From the NCBI GenBank assembly GCA_044451055.1, contig JBIOJT010000003.1, positions 1-38,078 of the forward strand: DNA of 38,078 bases, read 5' to 3'. A model generated the notes under the pieces. It was not told the DNA's origin. It saw nothing but the letters and a program-made list of their open reading frames with translations, and ran no database searches. This DNA comes from Candidatus Methylomirabilales bacterium (lineage in GTDB: Bacteria; Methylomirabilota; Methylomirabilia; Methylomirabilales; 2-02-FULL-66-22). The position numbers and the translations under genes were made by a program. Of the stretch, positions 37,193-38,078 are shown piece after piece (positions within the stretch are counted from its first letter, which is position 1; every line of letters starts with the position of its first letter).

Positions 37193-37211
37193 CGCCGAAC
37201 AGTCGAACGCT
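37193..37211. repeat. Half copy (copy 6) of the 8-bp-unit element
   Basis: CGCCGAAC AGTCGAAC GCT. Confidence 0.7.
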
Positions 37212-37216
37212 TCTTG

Positions 37217-38078
37217 TCAGAGTGTTCGCCCGATGGCCTCCGCCACTCGCTTGAGGTCGTCCATCATCCGCTGGAACCGCGCGGGCAAAAGCGCCTGGGG
37301 GCCATCGGAGAGCGCCTCCTCCGGCCGGGGGTGCACCTCCACCATCACCCCGTCCGCCCCGGCCGCCACAGCGGCCAGCGCCATGGGCGCCACCAGGTCC
37401 CACTTCCCCGTGCCGTGGCTGGGATCCACGAGGACGGGCAGGTGGGTGAGCTGCTTCAGGACCGGGATCGCCGACAGGTCCAGCGTGTTCCGCGTGGCGT
37501 CCTCGAAGGTGCGGATGCCCCGCTCGCACAGGATCACGTTGTAGTTGCCTTCCGACAGAATGTACTCGGCCGACATGAGCAGCTCGCGGATGGTCGAGCT
37601 CATCCCCCGCTTCAGAAGCACCGGGGTCTTCTGCATCCCCAGCTCCTTCAGCAGGCGGAAGTTCTGCATGTTGCGGGCCCCCACCTGGATCACGTCGGCG
37701 TACTGCAGGACCAGCATCGCCTCGCGCGGATCCATGAGTTCGGTCACGACGGGCATCCCCGTCTCCCGCCTCGCTTCCGCGAGATAGCGCAGGGCCTCCT
37801 CCCCCAGCCCTTGGAACGCGTAGGGCGACGTCCGCGGCTTGAAGGCGCCCCCCCGCAGAAGGTGCGCGCCGGCGGCCCGGACGTCCTTGGCCACGCTGAG
37901 GAGCATCTCCCGGCTCTCCACCGAGCACGGCCCGGCGATCACTGCCAAGCGCTGGCCTCCCACCTGGACCCCGCTGACTGCCACCACGGTGTTTTCCGGG
38001 TGGAACTCGCGGCTGGCCAGCTTGTAGGGCTTCAGGATAGGGAGGACTTTCTCCACCATCGGGAGGGCTTCGATGCCC
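37217..38078 (-). CDS. aroF: DAHP synthase, class I-beta (5' end runs off the window)
   Basis: [60 protein letters not shown]. The frame is open to the window edge. Confidence 0.95.
   Translation of the reverse strand, partial: GIEALPMVEKVLPILKPYKLASREFHPENTVVAVSGVQVGGQRLAVIAGPCSVESREMLLSVAKDVRAAGAHLLRGGAFKPRTSPYAFQGLGEEALRYLAEARRETGMPVVTELMDPREAMLVLQYADVIQVGARNMQNFRLLKELGMQKTPVLLKRGMSSTIRELLMSAEYILSEGNYNVILCERGIRTFEDATRNTLDLSAIPVLKQLTHLPVLVDPSHGTGKWDLVAPMALAAVAAGADGVMVEVHPRPEEALSDGPQALLPARFQRMMDDLKRVAEAIGRTL

Overview
High-GC bacterial chromosomal window of mostly minus-strand housekeeping genes. Left to right: rpsB (partial), argJ, argC, rpsI, rplM; coaX, birA, valS, romR-like regulator, two cheW-like genes; romX-like, purF, alaC-like, lipA, lpdA; an IMPase, argS, thiI, alkA-like, a truncated dehydrogenase, DUF512, pgsA-like, hflX, tyrA, aroF (partial). 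On the plus strand are a crotonase, a Gfo/Idh/MocA-TRAP-LLM catabolic cluster and ilvE. Gene content suggests a Methylomirabilota (NC10)/deltaproteobacteria-like organism; this is inference only. Three things stand out. (1) A dispersed family of palindromic intergenic elements built from 8-bp GTTCGRNN units, each starting 2-12 nt after a stop codon, plus related 7-bp arrays. (2) An accessory patch at about 5.5-7.3 kb, where two unidentified structured RNA domains sit in tandem with a c-di-GMP-I riboswitch and serial terminators, upstream of a decayed repeat-protein gene and next to hicBA. (3) Homologues of the Myxococcus RomR/RomX polarity module. All calls come from reading the sequence and translations by eye; no searches were run.
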